DNA of 64,000 nucleotides from Candidatus Heimdallarchaeota archaeon. Lineage in GTDB: Archaea; Asgardarchaeota; Heimdallarchaeia; JABLTI01. Of this stretch, positions 29,776-40,415 are shown piece after piece. Both the position numbers and the translations under genes were made by a program. The notes beneath the pieces were generated by a model. The model ran no database searches, had not been told where the DNA came from, and saw only the letters and a list, made by a program, of their open reading frames with translations. The DNA is taken from the NCBI GenBank assembly GCA_019056785.1, contig DXJV01000087.1, positions 34,707-98,706 of the forward strand, given 5' to 3'. Every line of letters starts with the position of its first letter. The stretch's first letter is position 1.

Positions 29776-31587
29776 CTAATCTTTTGTCAATCCTGGCATC
29801 ATACGGCCACTGATCCGGTCGACAATATCATCAGCGTGGAGTGCATCAATCTCCATCAAGAGATTGCCCAAGTCTTTCTCTGCCTTTTTATTTGGGACAT
29901 ATTTCATTCGAGCAATTTTATCGACTATGGGCAAATTCATCATTTCGGGTAATTTCACACCTTGATTATAGAGTTCTCTCATTTTATGATAGAAATCAAT
30001 AATTGCTTTAAGCATCAACCATTGTTTCTGAATGGAGGCATAACTGTCAACATCACTGAAAGCGTTCTGTTGCAAAAAGTCTTCCTTGATCATTCTCGCA
30101 GTTTCGAGGATAATTTTTTCGGATTCGGGTAAAGCCTCGGGACCGACTAGTTGGACGATGTCTTCTAACTCTTTATCTTTTTGAAGAATGGCCATTGCTT
30201 CGGAACGATAAGCTAGAAAATTAGGGTCAACATTTTCCGAATACCAAGGAGCCAATTCATCAGTATAAAGAGTATAGGAAATCAAATAATCAATGGCTGG
30301 GAAATGACGCCTTGCAGCCAAATCTTTACTTAATGCCCAAAAGACTTTAGTAATCCGCAAGGTATTCTGAGTGACGGGTTCGGAAAAGTCCCCGCCTGGG
30401 GGGCTCACCGCACCGGTTATCGAGATAGACCCTTGCCGGTCCTTTGAGCCTAAAGTGAGAACTCTGCCTGCGCGCTCGTAGAATTGAGCGATTTTACTGG
30501 CGAGATAGGCAGGATATCCGGCTTCGCCAGGCATCTCTTCTAATCGGCCAGAAATTTCTCGCATCGCTTCTGCCCAACGAGAAGTACTGTCAGCCATCAA
30601 AGCAACATCAAAACCCATATCTCGATAATATTCTGCCAGAGTCATGCCAGTATAGACACTTGCTTCACGAGCAGCAACAGGCATATTGCTCGTATTTGCG
30701 ATGAGAATTGTTCGGTTCATAAGTGGTTCACCGGTATTTGGGTCTATTAGCTCAGGAAAGTCTTCAAGGACATTTGTCATCTCGTTTCCACGCTCACCAC
30801 AACCGATGTACACAACTATTTGCGCATCTGACCATTTAGCCAATTGATGTTGTGAGACAGTTTTCCCTGTACCAAAGCCACCTGGGATTGCGCTTGTACC
30901 ACCTTTTGCGATCGGGAAGAATGTATCGAAGATCCTTTGTCCTGTAAGTAATGGAATGGAAGGTTCCAGTCGCTTCTTTATTGGCCGAGGATGTCTGACG
31001 GGCCATTTCTGGAGCATGGGGATCTCAATTTCTTGCCCATTATGTTTTACTTTACAAATAGGCTCCTTAATTGTGTAATCGCCCTTCTTTACAATCTCGG
31101 TAATTGTTCCTTTAATGCCCGGAGGAATCATCACTCGATGTTCTACTACAGTGCCTTCCTTTACTGTACCAATAATATCGCCTGCTACCACCTTCGTACC
31201 TTTTTCAATAGTGGGAACAAAAGGCCATTTAATATTGTAATCTAAAGGAGGAACTACCACACCCCGACGAATGAAATCATCTTTTGTTTGCTCAAGAATA
31301 TCAGGAAGGGGTCGTTGAATACCATCATAGATCTTACCGATAAGGCCTGGGGCTAATTCAGCACTTAATCCGGCCCCAGTACCAATCACCTTTTCATTGG
31401 GAAGCAAACCATCAGTCTCTTCATACACCTGAATGGTGCAAACGTCACCTTGAATCCTAATAATTTCACCAATAAGGCCTTCTTCACCGACTTTGCAAAC
31501 TTCGTACATGGAGCTCCCAAACATACCATCCGCTTCCACAACGGGACCGGAGATCTTGAGAATTCTTCCAACTCTTTGTTTTGACAC
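29776..31587 (-). CDS. atpA: A/V-type ATP synthase subunit A
   Basis: GGFGTGKTV Walker [28 protein letters not shown]. Confidence 0.99.
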   Translation of the reverse strand: MSKQRVGRILKISGPVVEADGMFGSSMYEVCKVGEEGLIGEIIRIQGDVCTIQVYEETDGLLPNEKVIGTGAGLSAELAPGLIGKIYDGIQRPLPDILEQTKDDFIRRGVVVPPLDYNIKWPFVPTIEKGTKVVAGDIIGTVKEGTVVEHRVMIPPGIKGTITEIVKKGDYTIKEPICKVKHNGQEIEIPMLQKWPVRHPRPIKKRLEPSIPLLTGQRIFDTFFPIAKGGTSAIPGGFGTGKTVSQHQLAKWSDAQIVVYIGCGERGNEMTNVLEDFPELIDPNTGEPLMNRTILIANTSNMPVAAREASVYTGMTLAEYYRDMGFDVALMADSTSRWAEAMREISGRLEEMPGEAGYPAYLASKIAQFYERAGRVLTLGSKDRQGSISITGAVSPPGGDFSEPVTQNTLRITKVFWALSKDLAARRHFPAIDYLISYTLYTDELAPWYSENVDPNFLAYRSEAMAILQKDKELEDIVQLVGPEALPESEKIILETARMIKEDFLQQNAFSDVDSYASIQKQWLMLKAIIDFYHKMRELYNQGVKLPEMMNLPIVDKIARMKYVPNKKAEKDLGNLLMEIDALHADDIVDRISGRMMPGLTKD

Positions 31588-31776
31588 AATTCAATCCTCT
31601 TAACAGCTCTTTTTTCTGATGAATAGGGGATTTTACCCGCTTAATCAGTTTGCGGTTTTAATGAATGTACTCTAATTCATTCTTTTTGAAAAATAGCTTA
31701 CATAAAAAAGCTTTGTTAACTAAATGAAAAAGCAGTTTAACAGAAAAGAGAAAAAAGGGGGAAAATGAATAATTCT

Positions 31777-32355
31777 TTAAGTTTTGAAGAATTCAGAAAA
31801 GATATCTTCTTCTTCCTCTTCCCCTTCTTTTTCTTTCTTACCTTTGTCTTTTTCAGCGCCTTCTTTACTTGTCGCTGATTCCACCATTGTTAATTCTTCT
31901 TCTACATGTTCGCCGGCAGCGCTTTCGATGACTTTACAAAAGTCTGAGTGAAGTTTAATGGGGATGGGGATTTGGGAATCAAGCAATTCCACAGTAACCT
32001 CTTCACGGCTCACATCAATACGGTTGATCTTAGCGCGACTGCCTTTAAATGGCCCACTAATAATTTCAATGATGTCATTGACATGCAACCCTTCAATGGT
32101 TGGTTTTGGAACAAGAAAACTTTCCAGCTCAGAGATATCTACTTCACCAACAACACGGCTTCGTAAATGCGGGATGCCCAGAACCGCTTTGTCCACATTT
32201 TCAATATCCTTTGCTTCGATGAATAAATAGCCCCGCAAAGATTCAGGTATCAACAAAGAGTAAACTTCGAGCTTCTTCGTTTCGATCTTTTTGTTGATAT
32301 GCTTTGCAATGGCTCTTTCTTGGCCAATTGTTGCCCGTAGCGTCCAAATAGTCAT
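31777..32355 (-). CDS. spt5: Transcription elongation factor Spt5/NusG
   Basis: TIGQE, LRGYLFIE, KOW IISGPFKG; acidic tail. Confidence 0.96.
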   Translation of the reverse strand: MTIWTLRATIGQERAIAKHINKKIETKKLEVYSLLIPESLRGYLFIEAKDIENVDKAVLGIPHLRSRVVGEVDISELESFLVPKPTIEGLHVNDIIEIISGPFKGSRAKINRIDVSREEVTVELLDSQIPIPIKLHSDFCKVIESAAGEHVEEELTMVESATSKEGAEKDKGKKEKEGEEEEEDIFSEFFKT

Positions 32356-32584
32356 ACTTTCTTCAACCCTTAGGCTCTTCCGAATTTTGTTCCTATTAAA
32401 TCTTTTTTATACTACTTTAATAAAGATTGTTTGTCCTTTTGGAGAAGGGATCCTGGAAAAAACTTTCCCAAAGAGAGCTCTAAATTGATTCAAATGGGAA
32501 AGAGGAAGTTATTCGTCCTCTTCTTTTAGAAAGAAGACTTAGCGCTTTGCCTTAAGAGGAATAAACAAGTGAGCGTAATTATTT

Positions 32585-32773
32585 TTATTGTATGTTTCCA
32601 ATTACAGTGAAGAGAATGTGAATAATATAACCAACTAACCCAACAAGCAATATGCCAATTGCAGTAATTCGCACAGTTAACCAGATTTCCTTTCGATCAG
32701 GTCGCTTACTATGAATCAATAATCGTTTACTTCGTGTGAAAAATTCTCCGATGTTCATACTCGTCACGTTCAC
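32585..32773 (-). CDS. secE: Protein translocase SecE/Sec61-gamma
   Basis: KRPDRKE...TAIGILLVGLVGYII; position between ftsZ and spt5. Confidence 0.93.
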   Translation of the reverse strand: MNVTSMNIGEFFTRSKRLLIHSKRPDRKEIWLTVRITAIGILLVGLVGYIIHILFTVIGNIQ

Positions 32774-32971
32774 ATTAATAGCTTGTTCATATGGACAATA
32801 GTCGCTACACAGAAAAAGCGACGGATATTTTAAAATCTTTTGTCAAGACCCGAGATTTTCTAATGCGGAAAATTTGGCCAGTTTCGACCACTTTTTTCAT
32901 AATTACTGACCATATAAAGATAAATTAAGAGAAAAAGTCAAATTAAAAAAAGATTTAAGATTCAAAAGACA

Positions 32972-34474
32972 TTGAATAAAAAGGAGCTCTTACAATCTAT
33001 GTCAATAGCAAAAACAGAAACAATCGTCCCAGAAAAACCTTCCATCAAGGAAGTCTTAAAGAATCGTCCGTTTATGCTACTCTTCACGGCACAATTCATT
33101 GAGAATATCGGTCGAGCGATCTCGGGTTTAGCACTAGAATTTCTAATCTACGAACTTACGAGAAGCCCTCTTATGATGGGTATTCTTTCTATCATCTGGC
33201 TCTTACCCTTTGTTGTTATAGCTCCTTTTGCAGGTGTTTATACCGACCAGTTCGATCAACGTAAGATCATGCTGTGGTCAAATATTGTCAGCTTTTTTGC
33301 TGCGATAGGATTCCTTATTATTTATTTACTGAAGGATGCATTAACAATAATAACATTCATTAAAATTGCTCCTGGTCACAATTTAGTGACCATTAATTAT
33401 ACTCACGTTATTTGGCCACTCTTTCTCTTATTGTTTATTAACTCCTCTTCTGCTGCCTTTTTCTTCCCGGCAAGAAACGCCTATACACGCTTGATCATTA
33501 AAAAGAAGAACTTACTTGTTGCAAATTCCATTGGGAGCACTGTTTTCCAAATTGCAACAATTGTTGGATACGTCTTAGCAGGGGTGTTAGCGGAAGCAAG
33601 CTATCTCGGAAGCTTCATTACAAATGCTGGAACCTTTTTAATTTCCGGTACACTTATTACCCTTCTCTTCCATATTGGGAAGAAGCCTCCAGAAAGAGTA
33701 AAAGAAAAGACACGCACATTGAAAGCGGAAATGAAGAAATTCTATAATGACATTCGTATTGGTTACCAGGCAGTTAAAGAAAAGCCTAAAATCTCCTATA
33801 TGCTCTTAATTTTCTCTGCGATTACCTTCACTTTTGGGGCGGTAAATGTATTGTTTATTGTCATTCTTCAAGGCGAGATGTCTTTGGGGGCAACATGGTA
33901 TGGCATTTTCCAAGGGCTTATGGGCGCTTCGGGCATCATTACAGCGATTGTTTTAATGGCAATTGGGAAAATTAAACGGAAAGTGATGGTATTAAATATT
34001 GCGTTTGTGTTTGCAACAATTGCCCTATATTTCTTTGCAGTAATAAGAAACAAATGGGTTATGGCAGCTATCCTCTTTTCATTTGGAATTATTAGTGTTT
34101 CAATTAACGTACCCTCCTCGACCCTAATTCAAGAAAAAATTGCTTATGAAAAACAAGGGCGGGTATTTGGAGCAATGCAACTCGCTCAAGGAATCGCGCA
34201 GCTCTTAGGTATGGGAATAGTTTCTTTAATTGCCGAATATGTTCTTCCTATGTATGTCTTACTAGCAAGTTCAACACTTTGTGCAATTATCATTTTTGCA
34301 GGCATGATTTATTCCGGCATAAAAGGTCTAATGGGGAATGATTACACAGAATCAGAGAAGAGCGATAACACAGAGCTATCCTCGATAAAGGATGAGCCTC
34401 TTGTCTTTGATGAAAAAGAAAGAATGATTAGAGAAGAGTTAGAGCTTGATCAAACTGTTCCTACCATAGAATAA
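32972..34474 (+). CDS. MFS transporter (DHA3/macrolide-efflux-like)
   Basis: APFAGVYTDQFDQRKIM motif A, QGRVFG, ~12 TM. Confidence 0.9.
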   Translation: MNKKELLQSMSIAKTETIVPEKPSIKEVLKNRPFMLLFTAQFIENIGRAISGLALEFLIYELTRSPLMMGILSIIWLLPFVVIAPFAGVYTDQFDQRKIMLWSNIVSFFAAIGFLIIYLLKDALTIITFIKIAPGHNLVTINYTHVIWPLFLLLFINSSSAAFFFPARNAYTRLIIKKKNLLVANSIGSTVFQIATIVGYVLAGVLAEASYLGSFITNAGTFLISGTLITLLFHIGKKPPERVKEKTRTLKAEMKKFYNDIRIGYQAVKEKPKISYMLLIFSAITFTFGAVNVLFIVILQGEMSLGATWYGIFQGLMGASGIITAIVLMAIGKIKRKVMVLNIAFVFATIALYFFAVIRNKWVMAAILFSFGIISVSINVPSSTLIQEKIAYEKQGRVFGAMQLAQGIAQLLGMGIVSLIAEYVLPMYVLLASSTLCAIIIFAGMIYSGIKGLMGNDYTESEKSDNTELSSIKDEPLVFDEKERMIREELELDQTVPTIE

Positions 34475-34507
34475 GAAAAGAGAAAAAAGGAAGAAACTTG
34501 ATAATAA

Positions 34508-35653
34508 TTATTCGAATGTTTCAAGTCCCAAGTCCAAATCCTCCTCGAGGAGAACATCCATTCCTAAAGCATCTTCTTGAATGTTAGAGATGATATAAGG
34601 ACTACGCACACCACTCACAATAATTGTTGCACGTATTGTTCCCTCAAGTTTAGGATCAATTAACACACCAAACTTTACTACAATATCATTACTTAAACTG
34701 TCTGTTACAGCCCGAATCACTTCTTCGGTTTGATTGAGCTTCAAGTCCGGGCCGCCTGTGATATTTAACAGCACGCTTTTTGCGGACCGAATATCTACCT
34801 CAAGAAGTGGATTCTTCAAGGCGTCTTCTACTGCTTCGCGAGCACGATTGTCAGGGCTACTGGATTCTCCAAGACCGATTATGGCTGCTCCGCCCTCGCC
34901 CAAAACACGTTGTACATCAGCAAAATCAACATTCACATCACCTGGGCGATTAATAATTTCGGTCACTCCGCGTACGGCCCGAATGAGAATTTCATCTGCT
35001 ACGAGAAAAGCCTCTTTTAGAGAGAGTTCAGGGGCAATTTCAATTAACTTCTCATTTGGAACAACAATTGTCGTATCACTACTTTCGTACAAACGACGCA
35101 ACCCTTCTTTTGCGTGTTGCAATTTTGTGCGCCCTTCGACTTCAAAAGGCAGAGTACAAATTGAAACTGTTAGAACTTCAAGGTTTTTAGCGATACGAGC
35201 TATTACTGGTGCAGCACCTGTGCCTGTACCTCCACCCAGGCCACAAACAATAAAGCACATATCCACTTGTGATAAAATACCTTTTAGTGTCTCACTCGAT
35301 TCCATCGCCGCTTCTGCTCCAATTTGAGGATCATTTCCGGCGCCTAATCCCCGACACAGTTCCCGTCCGAGAAGGAGTTTCTTGTGACTTTTCGAATAAA
35401 GAAGTTGTTGAGCATCAGTATTCGCTGCTAAAGTAACTGCACCGACGATACCAGATTCATTCAAGCGAGTGATTGCATTATTTCCTGCACCACCAACACC
35501 GATCACCAGAATTTTCGCTTGCATGTTTTCAATGATTTTTCGCAAATCATTATCAACATCATTGGCATCATGTTGTCCTTCCTTCGGAGCAAACAAATCA
35601 GGGACTTTTTCTTTTTCGGTTATGTTTTTAATAAAAGATTCCAAGTTCCTCAC
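34508..35653 (-). CDS. ftsZ: Cell division protein FtsZ
   Basis: GVGGAGNNA, NTDAQQL, GGGTGTG, NVDFADV. Confidence 0.98.
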   Translation of the reverse strand: MRNLESFIKNITEKEKVPDLFAPKEGQHDANDVDNDLRKIIENMQAKILVIGVGGAGNNAITRLNESGIVGAVTLAANTDAQQLLYSKSHKKLLLGRELCRGLGAGNDPQIGAEAAMESSETLKGILSQVDMCFIVCGLGGGTGTGAAPVIARIAKNLEVLTVSICTLPFEVEGRTKLQHAKEGLRRLYESSDTTIVVPNEKLIEIAPELSLKEAFLVADEILIRAVRGVTEIINRPGDVNVDFADVQRVLGEGGAAIIGLGESSSPDNRAREAVEDALKNPLLEVDIRSAKSVLLNITGGPDLKLNQTEEVIRAVTDSLSNDIVVKFGVLIDPKLEGTIRATIIVSGVRSPYIISNIQEDALGMDVLLEEDLDLGLETFE

Positions 35654-35786
35654 CTATGAGAGCTAATTAGGAACATTTTATTAAAAAACCAATGTGAGAC
35701 CAAGAACTTGTTCTAATAATTACAGAGATAACATCTACAGAATACATTAAGAGGGAAGAAGAAAAAAGGCGCTTAAAAGAGCCTTT

Positions 35787-36863
35787 TTAGAGGGATAAAT
35801 AGATCAATCCTAGAGTAGCCAACGCTAAAAGAGAAGAAATGAAAGAAGTTACACCCATCGCAACAACAATCTCATGCTCCCGCATTGGTTGTTTTGCAAC
35901 GAGCCAACGCGTCAAAGTGAGCGGGGCTTTTTTGTGAGGGTTCGCCGAAATCTCTTCTGTGTCATCATGTACGATAGTTGGTCGCTCTTTTATCTGCCGG
36001 CGTTCTCGAAGGCCCTTAATACTGGAAAGGATTTGAAAAGAATTCATTATCTGAGGCATCATTGCGACAATAATAATAATCTCAATTCGGCCAAATATTG
36101 CAACTAAAGCAATCATTGCACCAATTGTTAAACTCCCCGTATCACCACAAAAGATCTTCGCAGGATAACGATTAAACCAGTAAAAAGCAAACAAACACGC
36201 AAAAAGCAAGACTGAAAGCACAACACCCGGGAAAGTATCAATGGCAGTTTTTTGTTGGATGCCCAACACAACAGTGGAGATAATTGCACTTCCTGTAACA
36301 AAAAGCATTGTTACTGGTGTAGAACCATTCATCACATCCAGCATATTTGTGGCATTCGACAACACTGTAATAGCAAAGGGCACTAACAACCAATAAACAA
36401 TTGTTATGGTTATTGAACCAATAAGAGGGAGGAAGGGACGCGGGTTAAAAAGTAGAAGTTCTGTCTTCTCAAAAGTTGGATTTGCGACAAGTTGCCAGAT
36501 AAGAAGGGGGATACTTGGTATAAGCAACAAGAAAGGTTTGGTAATCGCACCTAAAGCTTTCAAATCATCCCAAATGCCAATAAGCCCCACAAGAAGTATG
36601 ACAATTGCTGAGACAGTGAAAAATTGCCAGTAGTCTGGGAAGATAAAGATACAACTAATAAGCATCACTATTAAAACGATCACAATGCTGACACCCCCCA
36701 TCTCAGCCACCTTTGGTCGCTCCTTTTTATGGACATCAAGACCATAGATACCTTTCTTTAAAAAGAATTTACTGAGAAACCATGTAAGAAGAGCTGTTGC
36801 CCCAGCAGCAAAAACAAAAATGATAATGAGCCAGATCCAATCCATTAAGTCCATAATCGTCAC
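35787..36863 (-). CDS. aglH: UDP-GlcNAc:dolichyl-phosphate GlcNAc-1-phosphotransferase (AglH/ALG7, MraY family)
   Basis: GLDVHK...VAEMGG, GIWDD, NATNMLDVMNG, NRYPAKIFCGDTG. Confidence 0.88.
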   Translation of the reverse strand: MTIMDLMDWIWLIIIFVFAAGATALLTWFLSKFFLKKGIYGLDVHKKERPKVAEMGGVSIVIVLIVMLISCIFIFPDYWQFFTVSAIVILLVGLIGIWDDLKALGAITKPFLLLIPSIPLLIWQLVANPTFEKTELLLFNPRPFLPLIGSITITIVYWLLVPFAITVLSNATNMLDVMNGSTPVTMLFVTGSAIISTVVLGIQQKTAIDTFPGVVLSVLLFACLFAFYWFNRYPAKIFCGDTGSLTIGAMIALVAIFGRIEIIIIVAMMPQIMNSFQILSSIKGLRERRQIKERPTIVHDDTEEISANPHKKAPLTLTRWLVAKQPMREHEIVVAMGVTSFISSLLALATLGLIYLSL

Positions 36864-37074
36864 GATTCAACAAATTAATAATGATTTTTTTTGAGTTCAA
36901 GTTTGTATTACCAATTAAAAAATTTTTGATAAAAAAATCCTTTAGTTCGAAATTTTAAAAGAAATTAAATAGTCGTTTTTGTTCGTTATTGGCTAAAGAA
37001 CGATAACTTATCGTGAAAAATATTTTAACGAAAAGAGTTTACGTTTAAAGTGTCAAAAGAAGAACTTTAGATGA

Positions 37075-38979
37075 TTGGAAAAATCATATAAAAAAGAACA
37101 GAAGGTAAAAAGATTGTCCAAAGAAAAAACTGTAATGCTATTGAGTGGAAATGAAGCTTTTGCTCGAGGTGTCTTGGAAGCAGGAGTGGATGTTGCTGCA
37201 GCCTACCCTGGAACGCCCTCCACAGAGATCATGGAAACAATCGCGCGGTTTGGAAAGGAAACAGGGATGCATGCAGAGTGGTCCATTAATGAGAAAGTGG
37301 CCTTTGAAGTTGCCCTGGGAGCATCCTGGAGTGGCCTCCGGTCGTTTACAGCTGCAAAACATGTTGGTTTAAATGTTGCGGCTGACCCATTCTTTACAGC
37401 TACACTTTTCGGCGGCATGAAAGGTGGCTTTGTTATGGTTATCGCTGACGACCCCAGCTTTCATTCAAGCCAGAATGAACAGGATACACGGATGTATGCT
37501 CTTGCTGCCCATGCCATTTGCATGGAGCCATCTACGCCCCAAGAAGCTCTTGATATGATTAAATTTGCCTACGACTTTTCCGAAAAGTGGGAATCGCTAG
37601 TTGTTCTACGTTCCACTACTCGCTTAAGTCACTCAAGAGGACCTGTGGAGCTGGGTGCGATTCCGAAAAAAGAATCACACAAAGGGGAATTCATCAAAAA
37701 TCCCGCACAATTTGTTTGTCTACCAGCTAATGCAAGAAGAACAAAACCATTACTCATGGAGAAACTCGAGAAAATAAAGGAGTATTCAAACACATCTGAA
37801 TGGAATGTCCTTGAGAAGGGTGATAAGTCGCTACTAATTATTGCATCCGGTGTCTCTTATGAATATGTAAAAGATGCAATTCAAGAGCTCAACCTTAAAC
37901 CAACTGTCTACAAAATTGGCTTTAGCAACCCCCTCCCTGAGGGAAAAATAATCGAGTTGCTTAAAGAATATCCAAAATGTTTGATCGTAGAAGAGGTTGA
38001 ACCATATTTAGAATTAAGTGTTAAAGCATTAGCAGCAGAAAATAACATTCAAGTGCAAATTTTCGGTCGAAAAGAGAAAGTGATTCCCATCTCAAATGAG
38101 TTGAATCCTAAAATTGTTAAACAGGCAATCACTCGAGTGTTAAACTTAAAGAAAGCCGAAACAGAAGAAGGGAGTCTGCCAACAAACGCTGAAATCAATG
38201 AAAAACTGCCAAATCGCCCACCAGAACTCTGTGCCGGTTGCCCCCATCGTGCAACTTTCTTTGCTATTAAGCAAGCAGCAAAGAAACGAAAACTAGACCC
38301 GATTATGCCAGGAGACATTGGGTGTTATACCCTCGGTTTTATGCCTCCATTAAGTGCAGTAGATACAACAGTAGCAATGGGTGCATCAATTGGTATTGCC
38401 AACGGAATCGCCCAAGCAACCAATCAAGTTGTTATTCCAGTCATAGGTGACAGCACCTTTTTCCATACAGGGATTCCTGCGCTAATAAATGCCATAGTGA
38501 ATAATGCCAAATTTGTCTGTGTTATTATGGACAACCAACTAACAGCTATGACAGGTGGGCAACCAACACCCGAACTTGGGAAAACCGCTTTTGGTGAGCC
38601 GGCGGGAGTAGTTTCGCTGGAGCAAGTTTGTAAAGGGCTTGGCATTAAAAATGTCGAAGTGGTTGACCCTTATGACCTCGAGAAAACCACAGAAATTATT
38701 GGTAAAGCTATTGATAGTGGTGAGCTCTCTGTGGTCATTGCCCGAAGGGAGTGTGCACTCGAGTATACCCGCCAAGTTAAACGTGCCAAGCAAAAACTTG
38801 ACACCTATTTTGTGGATGAAGACCTTTGCACCGGTTGCCGGATCTGTGTTCGCACTTTTGCATGTCCAGCGATAACTTTTGACTATGATAAAAAGAAAGC
38901 TCATATCGATGAATCTATGTGCATGGGATGCGGGGTTTGCAGGATTGTCTGCCCCTATGATGCTTTTATAAAGAGGTGA
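37075..38979 (+). CDS. iorA: Indolepyruvate:ferredoxin oxidoreductase alpha subunit
   Basis: YPGTPSTE, KHVGLNVAAD, LCAGCPH, GDIGCYTL, GDSTFFH, two C-terminal 4Fe-4S motifs. Confidence 0.97.
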   Translation: MEKSYKKEQKVKRLSKEKTVMLLSGNEAFARGVLEAGVDVAAAYPGTPSTEIMETIARFGKETGMHAEWSINEKVAFEVALGASWSGLRSFTAAKHVGLNVAADPFFTATLFGGMKGGFVMVIADDPSFHSSQNEQDTRMYALAAHAICMEPSTPQEALDMIKFAYDFSEKWESLVVLRSTTRLSHSRGPVELGAIPKKESHKGEFIKNPAQFVCLPANARRTKPLLMEKLEKIKEYSNTSEWNVLEKGDKSLLIIASGVSYEYVKDAIQELNLKPTVYKIGFSNPLPEGKIIELLKEYPKCLIVEEVEPYLELSVKALAAENNIQVQIFGRKEKVIPISNELNPKIVKQAITRVLNLKKAETEEGSLPTNAEINEKLPNRPPELCAGCPHRATFFAIKQAAKKRKLDPIMPGDIGCYTLGFMPPLSAVDTTVAMGASIGIANGIAQATNQVVIPVIGDSTFFHTGIPALINAIVNNAKFVCVIMDNQLTAMTGGQPTPELGKTAFGEPAGVVSLEQVCKGLGIKNVEVVDPYDLEKTTEIIGKAIDSGELSVVIARRECALEYTRQVKRAKQKLDTYFVDEDLCTGCRICVRTFACPAITFDYDKKKAHIDESMCMGCGVCRIVCPYDAFIKR

Positions 38980-38984
38980 AAAAG

Positions 38985-39608
38985 ATGACCAAATTAGAGA
39001 AACCTTATCAAATAGAAATTGCAGGTGTGGGCGGGACAGGCGTCCTTACTGCAGCAATGCTTATCGGAAATTCAGCCCTCCTTCAAAATGTCCATGTCGT
39101 ACAAAGTGAAATTCATGGGATGGCACAACGTGGTGGCGTTGTGAACACAGAGATTCGGATGGGACCGGTCCATGGGCCGCTCATTCCCGACCACGAAGCA
39201 GATGTATTATTAAGCTTTGAGCTTGGTGAGACAGCACGGGCAATGAATAAACTAAAACCCAAGAATGGGATTGTTATTATGAACACACATATTATTGTCC
39301 CGCCCAGTCTTCAAATCAAGAAAGGGGCAAAATATCCATCACTAGAAGAAATCGAAAGCATTGTGAAGCAATTCACAGAGAAAGTCTATTTAATAGATGC
39401 ATTTTCCTTGGCTGAAAAAGCAGGAGATCTCCGCACACAAAACGTCGTTCTTGTGGGAGCGCTCTTTGCGACACCCGACTTTCCAATCACTCGAGAGTCT
39501 TTTGAAAAAGCGCTTACCATTCAATTCAGAAAGAAAGAACAAGTAATAAAAGCCAATATGAAAGCCTTCGAATTAGGATATAACAAAATGAAAGAACTTA
39601 TGAAGTAA
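38985..39608 (+). CDS. iorB: Indolepyruvate:ferredoxin oxidoreductase beta subunit
   Basis: AGVGGTG, SEIHGMAQRGG, ANMKAFELG. Confidence 0.96.
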   Translation: MTKLEKPYQIEIAGVGGTGVLTAAMLIGNSALLQNVHVVQSEIHGMAQRGGVVNTEIRMGPVHGPLIPDHEADVLLSFELGETARAMNKLKPKNGIVIMNTHIIVPPSLQIKKGAKYPSLEEIESIVKQFTEKVYLIDAFSLAEKAGDLRTQNVVLVGALFATPDFPITRESFEKALTIQFRKKEQVIKANMKAFELGYNKMKELMK

Positions 39609-39707
39609 GGCAAAAGTTTTATTTCTCTTCTTTTTTTATTTCTTATTTCAAAAAGCATCTTACCAATCTCTGGGGCGTGGGCAAGAATTCAATCCTTAGA
39701 CAAGTTT

Positions 39708-40364
39708 TTGGATGATAACCGTGTAGAAGTAACCTTTCAACCAGGATTAACCAGCAGTCATATTGATGAACTGCTGTTTTTCAAGGACATGACACTACCA
39801 GATTACCTCAAATTCTTTTATCAACAAACAAACGGGGTCTTAATTGAGAGTAGCTATTTCCTAGACAAATTAGAGGACGCTTTTTCCTTTCGGGTTTTGG
39901 CGCTCGAGCATCTAACTTTTACAACCAAAAAATTGAACTTGCTGCCAGACAGACGGTTCATCCATTTTGCAAATGATGAAGAAGAAGCCATTTATTTGCT
40001 CGATATGGAAAATCTCTCACCCGAAGGACAACCACTCATACTTTTGAACATCCCTTCAGAGCAGTTCTGTATCCCACTAACCAATTCTTTTGAAAGGTTA
40101 TTAGAAAGCGCATGCCTTGGACTTTTAGCCGTGATACAAACAATTGGCGGAAATGAAAAAGGAACTTTGCCCATCATTCCCTCGAGAATGTTGAAGCAAA
40201 AAGAACGGATTAAAGCCTGTTTAAAAGATTTATTCATCGTAGTAAAACGCGAATATGACTTACTCACCATTTGGCACCTTTCCTCAAAGGCAGAACGACT
40301 CGTCCAGCTTAGCATTGTTAAATGGTTAAAAGGGCTGAAAGAATTACTAACAATAATGAAATAA
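39708..40364 (+). CDS. SMI1/KNR4 (SUKH)-like protein; true start may lie upstream
   Basis: PGLTSSHIDEL...LPDYLKFFYQQTNG...FAND...YLLD...LTNSFERLL. Confidence 0.7.
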   Translation: MDDNRVEVTFQPGLTSSHIDELLFFKDMTLPDYLKFFYQQTNGVLIESSYFLDKLEDAFSFRVLALEHLTFTTKKLNLLPDRRFIHFANDEEEAIYLLDMENLSPEGQPLILLNIPSEQFCIPLTNSFERLLESACLGLLAVIQTIGGNEKGTLPIIPSRMLKQKERIKACLKDLFIVVKREYDLLTIWHLSSKAERLVQLSIVKWLKGLKELLTIMK

Positions 40365-40415
40365 AAAGAGGAAAAGGAAGAAAAAAGAACAGAAAAGTCA
40401 AGGTGGAAAGCCAGA

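Noticed and set aside
29776-31587. Intein in atpA
   Set aside because: Normal length (603 aa) with continuous Walker A and GCGERGNE regions.
34734-35327. 197-aa plus-strand ORF and similar short overlapping ORFs throughout the track
   Set aside because: Antisense or alternate-frame to well-supported genes such as ftsZ, with no recognisable motifs.
39606-39708. iorB read-through fusion to the SUKH-like ORF (same frame, single TAA)
   Set aside because: IorB ends at its normal C-terminus and the spacer is a T-rich terminator-like tract; the shared frame is likely chance.
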